Assembly (NCBI GenBank): GCA_963782055.1
Contig: CAWAIF010000002.1
Coordinates: 416,001 to 480,000, forward strand
From: an uncultured delta proteobacterium
GTDB taxonomy: Bacteria > Myxococcota_A > Polyangia > Polyangiales > Polyangiaceae
Length of the DNA stretch: 64,000 nt
Direction of reading: 5' to 3'
Under the pieces are notes generated by a model. The model was not told the DNA's origin, made no database searches, and saw only the letters and a list, made by a program, of their open reading frames with translations. Below are positions 47,965 to 60,178 of the stretch, one piece after another (the first letter of the stretch is position 1; each line of letters starts with the position of its first letter). The position numbers and the translations under genes are program-made.

Positions 47965-49176
47965 TCAGAACTTGTCCAGGGCGAAGAAGGGGGGGAGCGC
48001 GAGCAGCGCGTCGAGCGTGTCCAGGGCCGTCGCGTCGCCCGAGACGAGGCCGAGCCGCTCGGCCGCGCGGACGCCGAGGCCGCCGAAGGCGATCTGCGTG
48101 AGCGCCGCGGCGGTGGTGCGCACGGCGGTCTCGCCCCGCGGGCACGCGGTGACGCGCGCGCGTCCCTCGGCCACACGCAGGCGGAAGGCGCCGCCGTCCT
48201 CCAGCGCGAACGCCGCCTCCCCCGCAGCGTCGTAGCCTCGCGCCTCGAGCGCCCGCGGGACGTCCAGGACGCGCAGCATCGGCCCGGCGACGACCAGCCC
48301 TACGGCGTGCTCCACCTGCTCGGTGCCGTGGCGCCGGGCGTCGGCGTCGAGCAGGGCGAACGGGAGAGGATCGCGCGCGTCGACCTCCAGCTCCACCTGG
48401 GCGGCCTGGTCCGCCTGCTGGCCGAGGAAGCCAAGCAGCGCGCGTCGCGCGGGGTCGTCGTCGGCGACGAGCTCGTGCACGACGAGTTGCGTGGCTGCGT
48501 GCGCCTCCGCCTGGGCCAGCGCGAAACGGATGTATCCTGCAACAATCTCGCCACGGCGCAGAACAACGACGCGCGAGCGCTCGCCGAGGAACCGGGCGTT
48601 CCACAGCGCGGCCGGCCGGACCAGCCAGCCGGTGTGGCGGAGTGCGGCGCGGGCGTAGCAGGCCATGACGGCCTCGCGGTCCTGCTCCTCCACCGCGCAG
48701 AGCTCGGCCCGCCGCGCCTCGTCCACCCACGCCGCGGGGACAGCCTCCGGCGCGAGGCTCAGGCGCTGCCGCGAGGCCACCTTCGCGTAGCCCAGCCTCG
48801 CGTAGAAGCGCTCGCGAAAGGCGTAGAGGAGGCTCAGCGCCGCCCCCCGCCGCGCGGCGAGCTCGTGAAGGTGGCGGAGCAGCGCGCCCGCCACGCCGCT
48901 GCGCCGCGCCTCCGGGGCGACCCCGACGGTGGCCACGCCGGCGGTGCGCACGACCGCGCCGCCGAAGGCGACGCCGAGGTCGAAGAGGAAGGCGTGGCCG
49001 ACGACGCCCCCGTCGCGCTCGGCGACGTGGAGATCGCCGAGTGGACCGAGCGGGTTGGCGGTGAAGTTGTGGAGGCGCTCTCGGACACCTCTGGCGTCGG
49101 GAAAGGCGGAGCCGTGGACCTCGACCAGCCGGTCCAGGTCGGCCTCGCGGGCGGGGCGAAAAAGCAGGGCTGACAT
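47965..49176 (-). CDS. Eis-like GNAT acetyltransferase with SCP2-like C-terminus
   Basis: VGVAPEARRSGVA, LYAFRERFYARLGY and MLRVLDVPRALEARGY. Confidence 0.88.
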   Translation of the reverse strand: MSALLFRPAREADLDRLVEVHGSAFPDARGVRERLHNFTANPLGPLGDLHVAERDGGVVGHAFLFDLGVAFGGAVVRTAGVATVGVAPEARRSGVAGALLRHLHELAARRGAALSLLYAFRERFYARLGYAKVASRQRLSLAPEAVPAAWVDEARRAELCAVEEQDREAVMACYARAALRHTGWLVRPAALWNARFLGERSRVVVLRRGEIVAGYIRFALAQAEAHAATQLVVHELVADDDPARRALLGFLGQQADQAAQVELEVDARDPLPFALLDADARRHGTEQVEHAVGLVVAGPMLRVLDVPRALEARGYDAAGEAAFALEDGGAFRLRVAEGRARVTACPRGETAVRTTAAALTQIAFGGLGVRAAERLGLVSGDATALDTLDALLALPPFFALDKF

Positions 49177-49277
49177 GGCTGCGCGCGCGGCGGGAGCCTA
49201 CCACGGAGGGTCGGAAAGGCCCGCAAACTGGAGTTTTTGCCGCCAGGCGTGTTAGCGAGGAGTGGGAAGGTCCAGAC

Positions 49278-52200
49278 ATGGCGACGGAGGCAACCGACAA
49301 GGACGAGAGCACGGCCGAAGCAGGCCAGGGCCTCGGTGGGGCGCGCGCCGACTTCGTGGCGTCACTCGGGCGCAAGGTCGCCGACGCGCGCAAGGTGCTC
49401 GATGCGCTGGAGGGAGATCCCTCGTCGCCCTCGCACCGCGACGACCTCCGGCGCAAGCTCCACGCGCTCGGCACCAGCGCGCGCATGATGCGCTTCGACG
49501 CGATGGCGCAGGCGCTCGCCGAGGCGGAGGCGCAGCTGGAGGCCGCGGCCGAGACGGGCGGCGCGAGCATGCGCAGCCTGAGCGAGGTCGCCCGCACGCT
49601 GGACGATCTGCCCGCGCTCGCCTGGACGGAGCCGCGGCGCGCGGCCGAGGCCGCGGCGCCGCCGCCGGAGGAGCTGTCGGCCCCGGTCGTCTCGGCGAGC
49701 CCGCCGATGACCGGCCTGGTCGTCGGGCCGGAGTCGGTGGCGGAGGCGCTGGTGGAGGAGGCCGAGGGCGGCGTCGGGTCGCGCGCGCTGGAGTGCGAGC
49801 GCACGGAGGACGCGCAGGCGGCGCTCGGCCTCGCCCGCTCCTACGCCCCCGACGTGGTGATCCTCGACGCGAGCGTCCCCGACGCCGGCGAGCTCATCGA
49901 GGCGCTCGCCGACGACCCGCTCACCGAGCCGGTGCCGGTCGTCGTCGTCGGCAAGCTGGATCACGCCGCGGTGGCGCGGTTCACAGCGCTCGGCGTGGCG
50001 CGCACCGTCACCGAGCCGTACACCGGCGAGGCGCTCCGGAGCATCTGCGAGGAGGTCGTGGATCAGCGGGAGGGGCGCACCGTGCGCATGTCGCTCGGCG
50101 AGCCGACGATCGAGCAGCTCGGGGACCGGCTCGCCGACGAGCTGCGCCGCGCGCTGGTGGACTCGGTGGACGTGCTCTCCCGCGCCAAGCGCGTCTCGCT
50201 CGGCGAGGGCACCGAGGTGATGGCCGCGCTCTGGGGCGCCATCGCGCGCGTGCGCGAGGTGGTCACGGCGCGCACCGGTGGCGGCGTGCGCTTCGCCGGC
50301 CGCGGGCCGGAGGGCTCGGTCGCGCTGGCCTTCCAGCCGGAGGTCCCCGGGGCCGACCGCACGCGTCGCCGCGGGGCCGCCGCCGACGTGTCGCTGGAGG
50401 GGCGGCGCGTCGTCGTGGCCGACGACAATCCTGGCGTGACCTGGTTTCTCTCCGACCTGCTGCGCACCACCGGCTGCGTGGTCCACGAGGCGCTCGACGG
50501 CGAGACAGCCCTCGACCTCGCGCTGCGTCTCTCCCCCGACGTGGTCATCAGCGACATCCTGATGCCCAAGATGGACGGCTTCGCCCTCTCGCGCGCGCTC
50601 AAGCGCGACGTCGCGCTGCGGGACATGCCGGTCATCCTGCTCTCGTGGAAGGAGGACCTGCTCCAGCGCGTGCGCGAGCTCGGCGCGAGCGCCGCCGCGT
50701 ACCTGCGCAAGGAGAGCGACGCCCGCGCCATCCTCGCCCGCGTGCGCGAGGTGCTCTGGCCGCGCGCGCGCGTGGAGGCGCGCCTCAAGGGCACCGGCGA
50801 GGTGCGCGGCCGCCTGGACGGCCTCACGGTGCGCTCGCTGCTGGAGTTCGTCTCGGTGCTGCGCCAGAACGCGCGCGTGTCGGTGCGCGACGCCTCGTGC
50901 CTCTACGAGGTGGAGCTGCGCGACGGCGCGCCGCGCCGGGCCACGCGCACCGCCGGGGACGGCGGCTTCCTGCGCGGACCGAGGGTGCTCGGCGAGATGC
51001 TGGGTATCGGCGCGGGGCGCTTCGTGGTCGCGCCGGCGACGCCCGGGGCGATGCAGGGCGGGCTCTCCGGCACGCTTCACGAGCAGCTCCAGCACCACAT
51101 CGCCGCCGCGCGCGGCGCCATGGCCACGACGACGGGCGCGCAGACCACGCGCGTCGCCCGCGTCACGCTGGACCCCGACGCGCTGGAGACCTACCTGCGC
51201 GCCACGCCGGAGCCGGCGCGCAGCCTCATCGTGCGCATCGCCAAGGGCGCGTCGCCGCGCGACTTGCTGCTGGAGGGCCGCGTCGTGCCGAGCCTGTTGG
51301 ACGACGTGCTCGTCGACCTCGCCGCGCGCGGGGCGATGACCGCGGTCGTCGACGAGGAGGGGCAGGACCTGCTCGGGCCGGCGGTGGAGTCGGCGCTCGC
51401 CACCCTTCGCGGCAGCCCGCCGCGCAACGCCGCGCCGCTCACCGCGCTGCGCTCCAGCGCGATGCCGCCGCCGATGCTGGGCAACGACAAGGATCGCGGC
51501 CCGCCCGCGACGACCGAGACGTCCGTCGCCACCTCGCTCCAGGAGCTCATCGAGCAGGAGAAGAGGGAGCGGGCCTCGGTCCCGCCGCCCGCGGCCTCGT
51601 CGTCGGAGCCGCCCTCCTCCCTGGAGGACGCCGTGATGCAGGAGCTCGGCGAGCGCTCGCCGGAGCCTGTCGCCGCCGAGCACCGCTCGTCGCCCCTGCC
51701 GCCGCCCATCGTGGAGCCGAGCGCGCTCAAGCCGCGCGTCTCGTCCTCGCCGCCGGAGAAGCCGGCGTCCAACCCGCCCGCGACGCACGCGAAGGCCGAC
51801 GAGCCCACCGAGGCGGAGACGGTCTACGAGGCGAAGGTGGCCACGCCGGAGGTGCCGGTCACCACCGGGACGCCGGCGGACGTCAGCGCGGTGGCGGATC
51901 GCACCGAGCCCGCGGCGCCGGTGCACAGCGTCGAAGAGGAAGAAGAGGACGAAGAAGAAGAAGAGGAAGAGGAAGAGGGAGCAGGAGAGGAGCAGCCCGA
52001 CGGCACCGAGCCGGTGCCGCTGACGCGCCCGGCGGACGAGGAGACCGCGCCGAAGAAGGTGGCGGTGCCGGTGCCGTCGAGCGCGACCACGCAGAAGGGC
52101 GGCAGCGCCTGGTGGCTGGTGGTGATCGTGGGGATCGCGCTGGCGACGTGGCTGGCCATCCGCTTCTCGGTCACCCCGGCGCCGCCGGAGCCTACCTCCC

Positions 52201-52454
52201 ACGGCGCCGCCGCCGAGCAGGGCCTCTCGGTCGACTACGGCGACGTTCCCCCCGGCGTCACCGTGCCGGACGGCCAGGGCTGGCTCGCCGTGGAGAGCGA
52301 GGACCAGTCGGTGCTGGTGGACGGCGTCGTCACGGGTCGCGGCACAGTGGGCGTCCCCCTGCCGCCGGGTCGTCATGATGTGCGGGTGGGCGGCCGCGAT
52401 TGGTCGGTCGACGTGCGCGCCGGGCAGAGCGTGCGCGTCCACCTCACGCCCTGA
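49278..52454 (+). CDS. Multidomain response regulator (Hpt-like, two REC, DUF4388-like, Pro-rich linker, TM, PEGA-like)
   Basis: LHALGTSA; PDVVILD; VVVADDN...PDVVISDILMPKMDG; poly-Glu tract; TM near the C-terminus. Confidence 0.82.
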   Translation: MATEATDKDESTAEAGQGLGGARADFVASLGRKVADARKVLDALEGDPSSPSHRDDLRRKLHALGTSARMMRFDAMAQALAEAEAQLEAAAETGGASMRSLSEVARTLDDLPALAWTEPRRAAEAAAPPPEELSAPVVSASPPMTGLVVGPESVAEALVEEAEGGVGSRALECERTEDAQAALGLARSYAPDVVILDASVPDAGELIEALADDPLTEPVPVVVVGKLDHAAVARFTALGVARTVTEPYTGEALRSICEEVVDQREGRTVRMSLGEPTIEQLGDRLADELRRALVDSVDVLSRAKRVSLGEGTEVMAALWGAIARVREVVTARTGGGVRFAGRGPEGSVALAFQPEVPGADRTRRRGAAADVSLEGRRVVVADDNPGVTWFLSDLLRTTGCVVHEALDGETALDLALRLSPDVVISDILMPKMDGFALSRALKRDVALRDMPVILLSWKEDLLQRVRELGASAAAYLRKESDARAILARVREVLWPRARVEARLKGTGEVRGRLDGLTVRSLLEFVSVLRQNARVSVRDASCLYEVELRDGAPRRATRTAGDGGFLRGPRVLGEMLGIGAGRFVVAPATPGAMQGGLSGTLHEQLQHHIAAARGAMATTTGAQTTRVARVTLDPDALETYLRATPEPARSLIVRIAKGASPRDLLLEGRVVPSLLDDVLVDLAARGAMTAVVDEEGQDLLGPAVESALATLRGSPPRNAAPLTALRSSAMPPPMLGNDKDRGPPATTETSVATSLQELIEQEKRERASVPPPAASSSEPPSSLEDAVMQELGERSPEPVAAEHRSSPLPPPIVEPSALKPRVSSSPPEKPASNPPATHAKADEPTEAETVYEAKVATPEVPVTTGTPADVSAVADRTEPAAPVHSVEEEEEDEEEEEEEEEGAGEEQPDGTEPVPLTRPADEETAPKKVAVPVPSSATTQKGGSAWWLVVIVGIALATWLAIRFSVTPAPPEPTSHGAAAEQGLSVDYGDVPPGVTVPDGQGWLAVESEDQSVLVDGVVTGRGTVGVPLPPGRHDVRVGGRDWSVDVRAGQSVRVHLTP

Positions 52455-52463
52455 GCGCTCCCG

Positions 52464-54737
52464 GTGGAGCGACGAGGCACAACGCGGCGAGGGTGGGCGA
52501 TCATCGCGCTCGCGCTGGCGTGCGGGTGCCATCACGACCACCCGCCGGCCGCCAGCGACGCCGCGACGCCCCCGCCGCCGTCGCCGAGCGCGACGGCCGC
52601 CGCGCCGTCGGTCCGCACCGTCTTCGACCCGCTCGCCACCGGGCAGTCCTCCTGCGTGCTGGGTCATCACGGCGTGCTGCTCGACCTGGGCATCCCCGCG
52701 CTGCGTCCGGAGCTCGGCATCGCCCACGCCACCGGCCTGGAGGCGACCGAGCGCCAGGGGTCCACCTGGGAGCGCATCAGCGCGCGCTCGCTCACGCTGC
52801 GGTTCATCGGACCCACCGACGCGCCGCCCCTCCCGCCGGATGGCGGCAAGGCGGAGGTCTACGTCGACATGCGCGTGCGCGGCCTGGGCGCGCGCTCGCT
52901 CAGCGTCTACCTCAACGGCAAGGCGATCGGCGCCATCCGTCTCTCGCGCGGCGAGGAGATCCGGAGCGTGCACTCGCCGGTGCCCAGCATCGCCTCGGGC
53001 GACAACGAGCTCCTGCTCCGCGTCAACGGCATGCCCAAGGGGAGCGCGGACGCCGGCGTGGAGGTGGACTGGGTGCGCGTGGGCACCGAGCCGGCGCCGG
53101 AGTACGCGGCGCCCACCTTCAGCGACGCCACCATGAGCGCCGCCGTCGGCGGCGTGACGCGTCGCGCGCTGGCCCTCCGCGCGCCGGGCTACCTCCGCTG
53201 CAGCGGCCCCATCCCTCACGGCGCCACCGTCGACCTGCAGCTCGGGGTCCTGGGGCGCGGGGCTGCGGACGTGGAGGTGCGCGTGCTCCGCGATCGCAAG
53301 CTCCCCCTGGTGCTGGGCACCTACCACGCCACGGATCAGGGCGGCTGGCGCGCCATCCACGTGCCCGTCCCGGAGGCCGCCACGGGCACGCTGGGTGCGG
53401 TCGAGATCGCCGCGGTGCGCGCGAGCGAGGGGTCGCGCGTGCTGCTGGGCGAGCCGCGCGTCACCGTCCCGCTACCGAAGGCGCCGCCCGCCGCGCCCGC
53501 CCGCGGCGTGGTGCTGCTGGTGCTCGGGCAGATGCCGCCCTCGATGCTCTCGCCCTTCGGCGGGGCGGCGGCCACGCCGGAGCTCGGCGAGCTGATGAAG
53601 TCCTCGTACGTCTTCGACGGCGCGCGCGCCACGACCACGTGGCCGGCGGGATCGCTCGCGTCGATGCTCACCGGCCTCTTGCCGCGCGACCACGGCGTGG
53701 TGGACGACCTGTCGCGGCTCTCGTCACGGGTGACCACCATCGCCGACGCCGCCCGCGACGCCGGCGTCTCCACCGCGTACTTCACCGCCAACCCGACGAC
53801 CACCGCGGCGTTCGGCTTCGACCGCGGGTGGCAGACGTACGCCGCGTACCTGCCCGGCGCGCAGGGCGGGGCCTCCCGCGTGGTGGAGGAGGCGACGAAG
53901 TGGATCGCCGCGCACAAGTCGGACCGCTTCCTCGTGGTCATCCACGCGCGCGGCGGGCATCCACCGTGGGACATCCCCGCCGCGGCGCTCGGCGCGATGC
54001 CGCCGGACGGCTACGGCGGCGCGATCGATCCCGTCCACGCCGCGGAGATGATGGCGAAGGCGCGCCACGTCCCCCCGCTGGTGCGCTTCACCGACGACGA
54101 CCGCACCCGCGCGATGGCGATCTACACGCTCGCGGTGAAGGGCCAGGACGCCGCGCTCGCCCGGCTGCGCGCGGGACTGCGCGACGCGGGTCGGGACGGC
54201 GACACCATGCTCGTGGTCGCCGGGGACACCGGCCTGAGCGACGCCGCGCGCGTTCCCTTCGGCGACGGCGAGCCGCTCGATGACCGCGCCCTGGCCTCCC
54301 TGATGGTGGTGCGTCCACCGGGGGGCGTCGCCGGCGCCCGCGTGCCCGCGCCCGTCTCCACGCTGGACGTGGCGCGCACGGTGCTGAGCGCGCTGGGGCT
54401 CACCCCGCCGTCATCCTTCCACGGCGTGGACCTGCGTCGCTCGGCCGTGGCGGCGGACGACGCGCGCTGCCTGGACGCCCAGCTCGGCCCCAGGCGCTTC
54501 AAGAAGTGCTTCGGTTTCGTCTGGCACGGCGAGGCTCGCAGGGAAGAGCTCTGTGACCTCACGCTCGACCCCGCCTGCGGGACCGATGTCTCCGAGTCCT
54601 ACCCTTACGCGGCCGAGGTGATGCGCCGGGTGACCATCACCGCGGACCAGGACGCCGCCGGGGACATCCCCCCGAGGGAGCCCGCCAGGCTGGACGCGCC
54701 GACCCTCGCGGCGCTCTCGGTGTGGGGGCGCTTGTGA
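52464..54737 (+). CDS. Sulfatase-like lipoprotein
   Basis: ATPEL..L.....FDGA, ASMLTGLLPRDHGV, FGFDRGW, HPPW and VSTLDVARTVL alkaline-phosphatase-superfamily motifs. Confidence 0.78.
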   Translation: MERRGTTRRGWAIIALALACGCHHDHPPAASDAATPPPPSPSATAAAPSVRTVFDPLATGQSSCVLGHHGVLLDLGIPALRPELGIAHATGLEATERQGSTWERISARSLTLRFIGPTDAPPLPPDGGKAEVYVDMRVRGLGARSLSVYLNGKAIGAIRLSRGEEIRSVHSPVPSIASGDNELLLRVNGMPKGSADAGVEVDWVRVGTEPAPEYAAPTFSDATMSAAVGGVTRRALALRAPGYLRCSGPIPHGATVDLQLGVLGRGAADVEVRVLRDRKLPLVLGTYHATDQGGWRAIHVPVPEAATGTLGAVEIAAVRASEGSRVLLGEPRVTVPLPKAPPAAPARGVVLLVLGQMPPSMLSPFGGAAATPELGELMKSSYVFDGARATTTWPAGSLASMLTGLLPRDHGVVDDLSRLSSRVTTIADAARDAGVSTAYFTANPTTTAAFGFDRGWQTYAAYLPGAQGGASRVVEEATKWIAAHKSDRFLVVIHARGGHPPWDIPAAALGAMPPDGYGGAIDPVHAAEMMAKARHVPPLVRFTDDDRTRAMAIYTLAVKGQDAALARLRAGLRDAGRDGDTMLVVAGDTGLSDAARVPFGDGEPLDDRALASLMVVRPPGGVAGARVPAPVSTLDVARTVLSALGLTPPSSFHGVDLRRSAVAADDARCLDAQLGPRRFKKCFGFVWHGEARREELCDLTLDPACGTDVSESYPYAAEVMRRVTITADQDAAGDIPPREPARLDAPTLAALSVWGRL

Positions 54738-54748
54738 GGACGCGCCGG

Positions 54749-54835
54749 CGGAGAGAGAGGGATTCGAACCCTCGGTACCCTTGCGGGCACACATGATTTC
54801 CAGTCATGCACCTTCGGCCACTCGGTCATCTCTCC
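54749..54835 (-). tRNA. tRNA-Ser(GGA)
   Basis: GGAGAGA acceptor stem, CATGA-CT-GGA-AA-TCATG anticodon arm, long variable arm, GTTCGAATC T-loop, G discriminator; CCA not encoded. Confidence 0.96.
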
Positions 54836-54955
54836 AGGGCCGGTCCTCATAGCACGGGTTTTGGCCGGAAGCCGAGCCCGAAGCCCCGCCCCCGCGCGCC
54901 CCGCTCCGCGGCCCGACCGCATTTCTCCCTGAAGGACGTTCCGCCCCCGACCGTC

Positions 54956-54985
54956 TTGACAACGCCCGGGCCAATCCAGCAGGTT
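54956..54985 (+). promoter_or_regulatory. Sigma70-type promoter for tRNA-Ser(CGA)
   Basis: TTGACA at 54956, an 18 bp spacer, then CAGGTT just before the tRNA. Confidence 0.5.
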
Positions 54986-54992
54986 GCGCGGC

Positions 54993-55079
54993 GGAGAGAT
55001 GACCGAGAGGCCGAAGGTGCCTGATTCGAAATCAGGTGTGCCCGCAAGGGTACCAGGGGTTCGAATCCCCTTCTCTCCG
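54993..55079 (+). tRNA. tRNA-Ser(CGA)
   Basis: CCTGA-TT-CGA-AA-TCAGG anticodon arm, long variable arm, T-loop, G discriminator; CCA not encoded. Confidence 0.96.
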
Positions 55080-55134
55080 CCGAGCTGACCTGCCGCGGCC
55101 ACCGCGCGCGAGGACGTGGACGGGAGGGAGAACC

Positions 55135-55839
55135 TCAGTCCACGCAGGTCACCGCGAGCCTCACGCGGCCTGCCGTCCGCGTGTGGGTCCCCGCGCGCAC
55201 CCGCGCGAGGCACCCGAAGTTCTGCGTGTGCGCCGAGCAACGCCCGACGAGGCGGTAGCTCTCGGCGTCGATGTCCTCGACCTGCGGCTCCAGGCAGTCC
55301 CCCTCGCACTCGCTCGCGTCGTGGCACACCCTCCCGGCGTCGGTCGTGCGGCAGTCGCAGCCCTCGCTCTGCATCATGCCCCACCGCCCCCACGTGCCGT
55401 GACACGCGTCGCACGCCGCCAGGGCCTTCTCCCGCGCCAGGTCGCGCACGCGCGCGGTGGTGCGGGCGGCGACGGCCGCGCCGAAGCGGTCGCGCAGGCT
55501 GACCACCACGCTCCACGAGCCCGCCCCGTAGACCTGCGGGGAGACCTTCCACGTGCCGTGCGCCGGGACGGTGGTCGTCGGGTAGTCCCACCGGATGGTG
55601 GCGTCCGCCCCCGCGCGGCTGGCCGTGATGCTCTGCAGGGTGACGGGCGTGTCGCCGCCGTTGGCGATCGTCAGCGGGAGCCCGGCCGCGCACGGCGCGG
55701 CTGCGGGGCAGTCGACCTCCGCGGGGGCCGTCACCGAGATCACCGACGCGGCGGCGGGCGCGGTCGTCGGGGCGGGCTCCACGCTGGAGCCGCAGGCGAG
55801 CAGCAGGACGGTGAGCACGCACGCGAGACGGGAGCGCAT
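55135..55839 (-). CDS. Cys-rich hypothetical lipoprotein
   Basis: Lipobox LLAC; C..C.GTW...CDCRTTDAG.VC.D...CEG.C. Confidence 0.7.
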   Translation of the reverse strand: MRSRLACVLTVLLLACGSSVEPAPTTAPAAASVISVTAPAEVDCPAAAPCAAGLPLTIANGGDTPVTLQSITASRAGADATIRWDYPTTTVPAHGTWKVSPQVYGAGSWSVVVSLRDRFGAAVAARTTARVRDLAREKALAACDACHGTWGRWGMMQSEGCDCRTTDAGRVCHDASECEGDCLEPQVEDIDAESYRLVGRCSAHTQNFGCLARVRAGTHTRTAGRVRLAVTCVD

Positions 55840-55890
55840 GTCACAGAGGACAGCCGCGGGGCGCGAACGTTCCTCACCGCGCGGAGGCGG

Positions 55891-56841
55891 TCACTGCGCG
55901 GGGGCCTTGGGCGGCGCGAGGACGGTGCCGGGAATGCCGTACATCGGGTCGGTGCCGTCCAGCGGGACCACCTTGTTGCCGACCAGGTCCTGCACGTCCA
56001 CCGAGACCTCCACCGCCACGTTCATCGGCTCGTAGGAGCGCAAGCCCAGGTCGAAGCCGGTGATCGCCGGCACCACCGCGGGGATGTACGGGGTGATGAG
56101 CGGGTCGTAGCCGTTGGACCGGTTCTGCAGGTTGAAGACGTGGTTGAAGAGGGCGTTGCCGCTGGTGCCGTTGGGATCGTTCGCGTTGGCCGGCGGGTTG
56201 GCGTTGATGTTCATCACCGTCGCCAGGTCCACCGCCAGCTCGTGCGTGTCGTCGGGGGTGAGGGTGCCCTCGGTGCGCGACTTCGGCTGCAGGACGAAGA
56301 ACTTGTCGTACCCGGAGAGGTCGGGGAGCGTCTCCTCGTCGCTGATGATCTGGATGCCCGGCTGGTAGCGGACGAACTCGTTCCACGGGTCGACGAGCAG
56401 CTCCACCGAGTGCTTCTTGTCGTCCAGGTTGGTGATCGTGTAGCGGATCGTGACCTTGACGTCGTCGACCTTGATCCACGGCTCGCGCGGGTACGGCGCC
56501 GCCTTGCCGAGCTTCGCCTTCTCGTCGGCGTTGGGGCGGCGCATGCGCAGGCCGTCCTTGCCGTCCGCCCACTGGACCGGCGTCTGCACCTGGTAGATCG
56601 TCATCTGGCCGTCGGAGTAGTACGAGGCCATCTGGTCATCCATGCCGACGACGGTGGGCGTGGTCACCTGACCGTCCGCTCCCCCACACGCCCCGACACT
56701 GGCGGCCAGGGCGGCGAGCACGACGAGGGCAGGGAGGTGGGGGCGAAGGCCCACGCGCCTGGGGGGCGGCGCCCCGGGTGCTTCCGGAGAGACGTGTGCG
56801 TTCGAGGCGTTTTCCTGCATCCGCGGGTCATGCGCGTCCAT
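55891..56841 (-). CDS. Hypothetical lipoprotein
   Basis: Lipobox VGAC; LLVDPWNEFVRY; strong codon bias. Start uncertain. Confidence 0.75.
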   Translation of the reverse strand: MDAHDPRMQENASNAHVSPEAPGAPPPRRVGLRPHLPALVVLAALAASVGACGGADGQVTTPTVVGMDDQMASYYSDGQMTIYQVQTPVQWADGKDGLRMRRPNADEKAKLGKAAPYPREPWIKVDDVKVTIRYTITNLDDKKHSVELLVDPWNEFVRYQPGIQIISDEETLPDLSGYDKFFVLQPKSRTEGTLTPDDTHELAVDLATVMNINANPPANANDPNGTSGNALFNHVFNLQNRSNGYDPLITPYIPAVVPAITGFDLGLRSYEPMNVAVEVSVDVQDLVGNKVVPLDGTDPMYGIPGTVLAPPKAPAQ

Positions 56842-56868
56842 GGGGGGCCCTCTCTTCGTAGTGTGACT

Positions 56869-56884
56869 TGCCAGAGCCGTGCCG
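56869..56884 (-). promoter_or_regulatory. Sigma54 (-24/-12) promoter
   Basis: Minus strand CGGCACGGCTCTGGCA fits GG-N10-GC; lies between the sigma54 activator gene and the lipoprotein gene. Confidence 0.55.
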
Positions 56885-56917
56885 TCCATCGTCGTCGAGG
56901 CGGCACGCGCCGCCCGC

Positions 56918-59194
<2,277 letters not shown>

Positions 59195-59274
59195 GTGTCC
59201 GAAAATGGGACACCCTGCGGGCGCCGTGGTCAAGCCGATGTGCCGCGCGTCGCCGGATGGGATATGGAGTCGGC

Positions 59275-60147
59275 GTGACCGAGCCGCTCTTGATCGCCGA
59301 ACGCGCGCGTGTCGACGTGGACGGTTCGCCCGTCCTGGACGGTCTCGACCTGCGCACGACGGGCGCGGCGGTGGCGATCGTCGGCGCCCCGCGCGCGCTG
59401 TTCGAGGCGGTGGCCGGCATGCGCCCGGTGCGCAGCGGGGCGCTGCGGGTCGCCGGGGCGAGCCCGGAGACGGCGCTCGCCGAGGTGCGGGCCGCGGCGT
59501 CCACGCGCGAGCTGGCCACGCCGCCGGGCTGGTCGGCGCACGACCTGGCGTGGTGGAGCGCGCGGCTGGTGGGTCACGGCGCGGCCGCCGCCCGCGCGAA
59601 CGCCGCCGAGGCGGTCGAGCGTCTGCAGATGGCGGCCACGGCCGCCACGCCGCTCAAGCGGGCGCCGGAGCACGTGCGGCGTGTCGCTTCGGTGGCGGCG
59701 GCGCTCGCGACCGGCGCGCCCCTGCTCCTGCTGGAGGACCCGACGGAGGGCCTGGCCCTGGACGTGGCCCGGACGGTGGCGCGGCTGGTGTGCGGCGCGC
59801 TGGAGGGGCGGTCGTGGGTGCTCTTCGCCTCCCGCCTGCGGATGACCTCGCCCTTCGCGCACCACAGCGACGAGGTGCTGCTGCTCTCCGGCGCGCGCGT
59901 GCTGAGCAGCGGGCCGCCGGCAGAGCTGGCCACGCGCGACCGGCAGTGGTCGGTCCGGGTGGAGGGCGCGGGTCGCGAGGCGCTCGCCGGCCGCCTGCGC
60001 GACCGCGGGGCGAAGGTGGACGAAGACGCCGGCGCGTGGGTGGTGGATCTGCCGGAGGGGCTGGAAGCGCGCGACGTGGTGGCGATGGCGACGGAGGAGC
60101 ACGCCCTGCTGCTGGAGATCACGCCGATCGCTCCCGCCTTCGCGTAG
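59275..60147 (+). CDS. Degenerate ABC-ATPase-like protein
   Basis: VLDGLDL, G.LRVAG and [11 protein letters not shown] resemble an ABC NBD, but Walker A is missing ([10 protein letters not shown]). Confidence 0.7.
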   Translation: MTEPLLIAERARVDVDGSPVLDGLDLRTTGAAVAIVGAPRALFEAVAGMRPVRSGALRVAGASPETALAEVRAAASTRELATPPGWSAHDLAWWSARLVGHGAAAARANAAEAVERLQMAATAATPLKRAPEHVRRVASVAAALATGAPLLLLEDPTEGLALDVARTVARLVCGALEGRSWVLFASRLRMTSPFAHHSDEVLLLSGARVLSSGPPAELATRDRQWSVRVEGAGREALAGRLRDRGAKVDEDAGAWVVDLPEGLEARDVVAMATEEHALLLEITPIAPAFA

Positions 60148-60178
60148 CGAAGCCGATTTTTGTTGTACCTTTGCTTGC

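Noticed and set aside
35910..53360. Very long ORFs 35910-39116, 36593-40078, 44417-47062, 49262-52378 and 49362-53360
   Set aside because: Off-frame or antisense shadow ORFs typical of very high-GC DNA. Only terminal parts of some match real genes, which are annotated with corrected starts.
54749..55140. Prophage or genomic island integrated at the tRNA-Ser genes
   Set aside because: No integrase, no duplicated tRNA 3' end and no compositional shift in the flanking genes.
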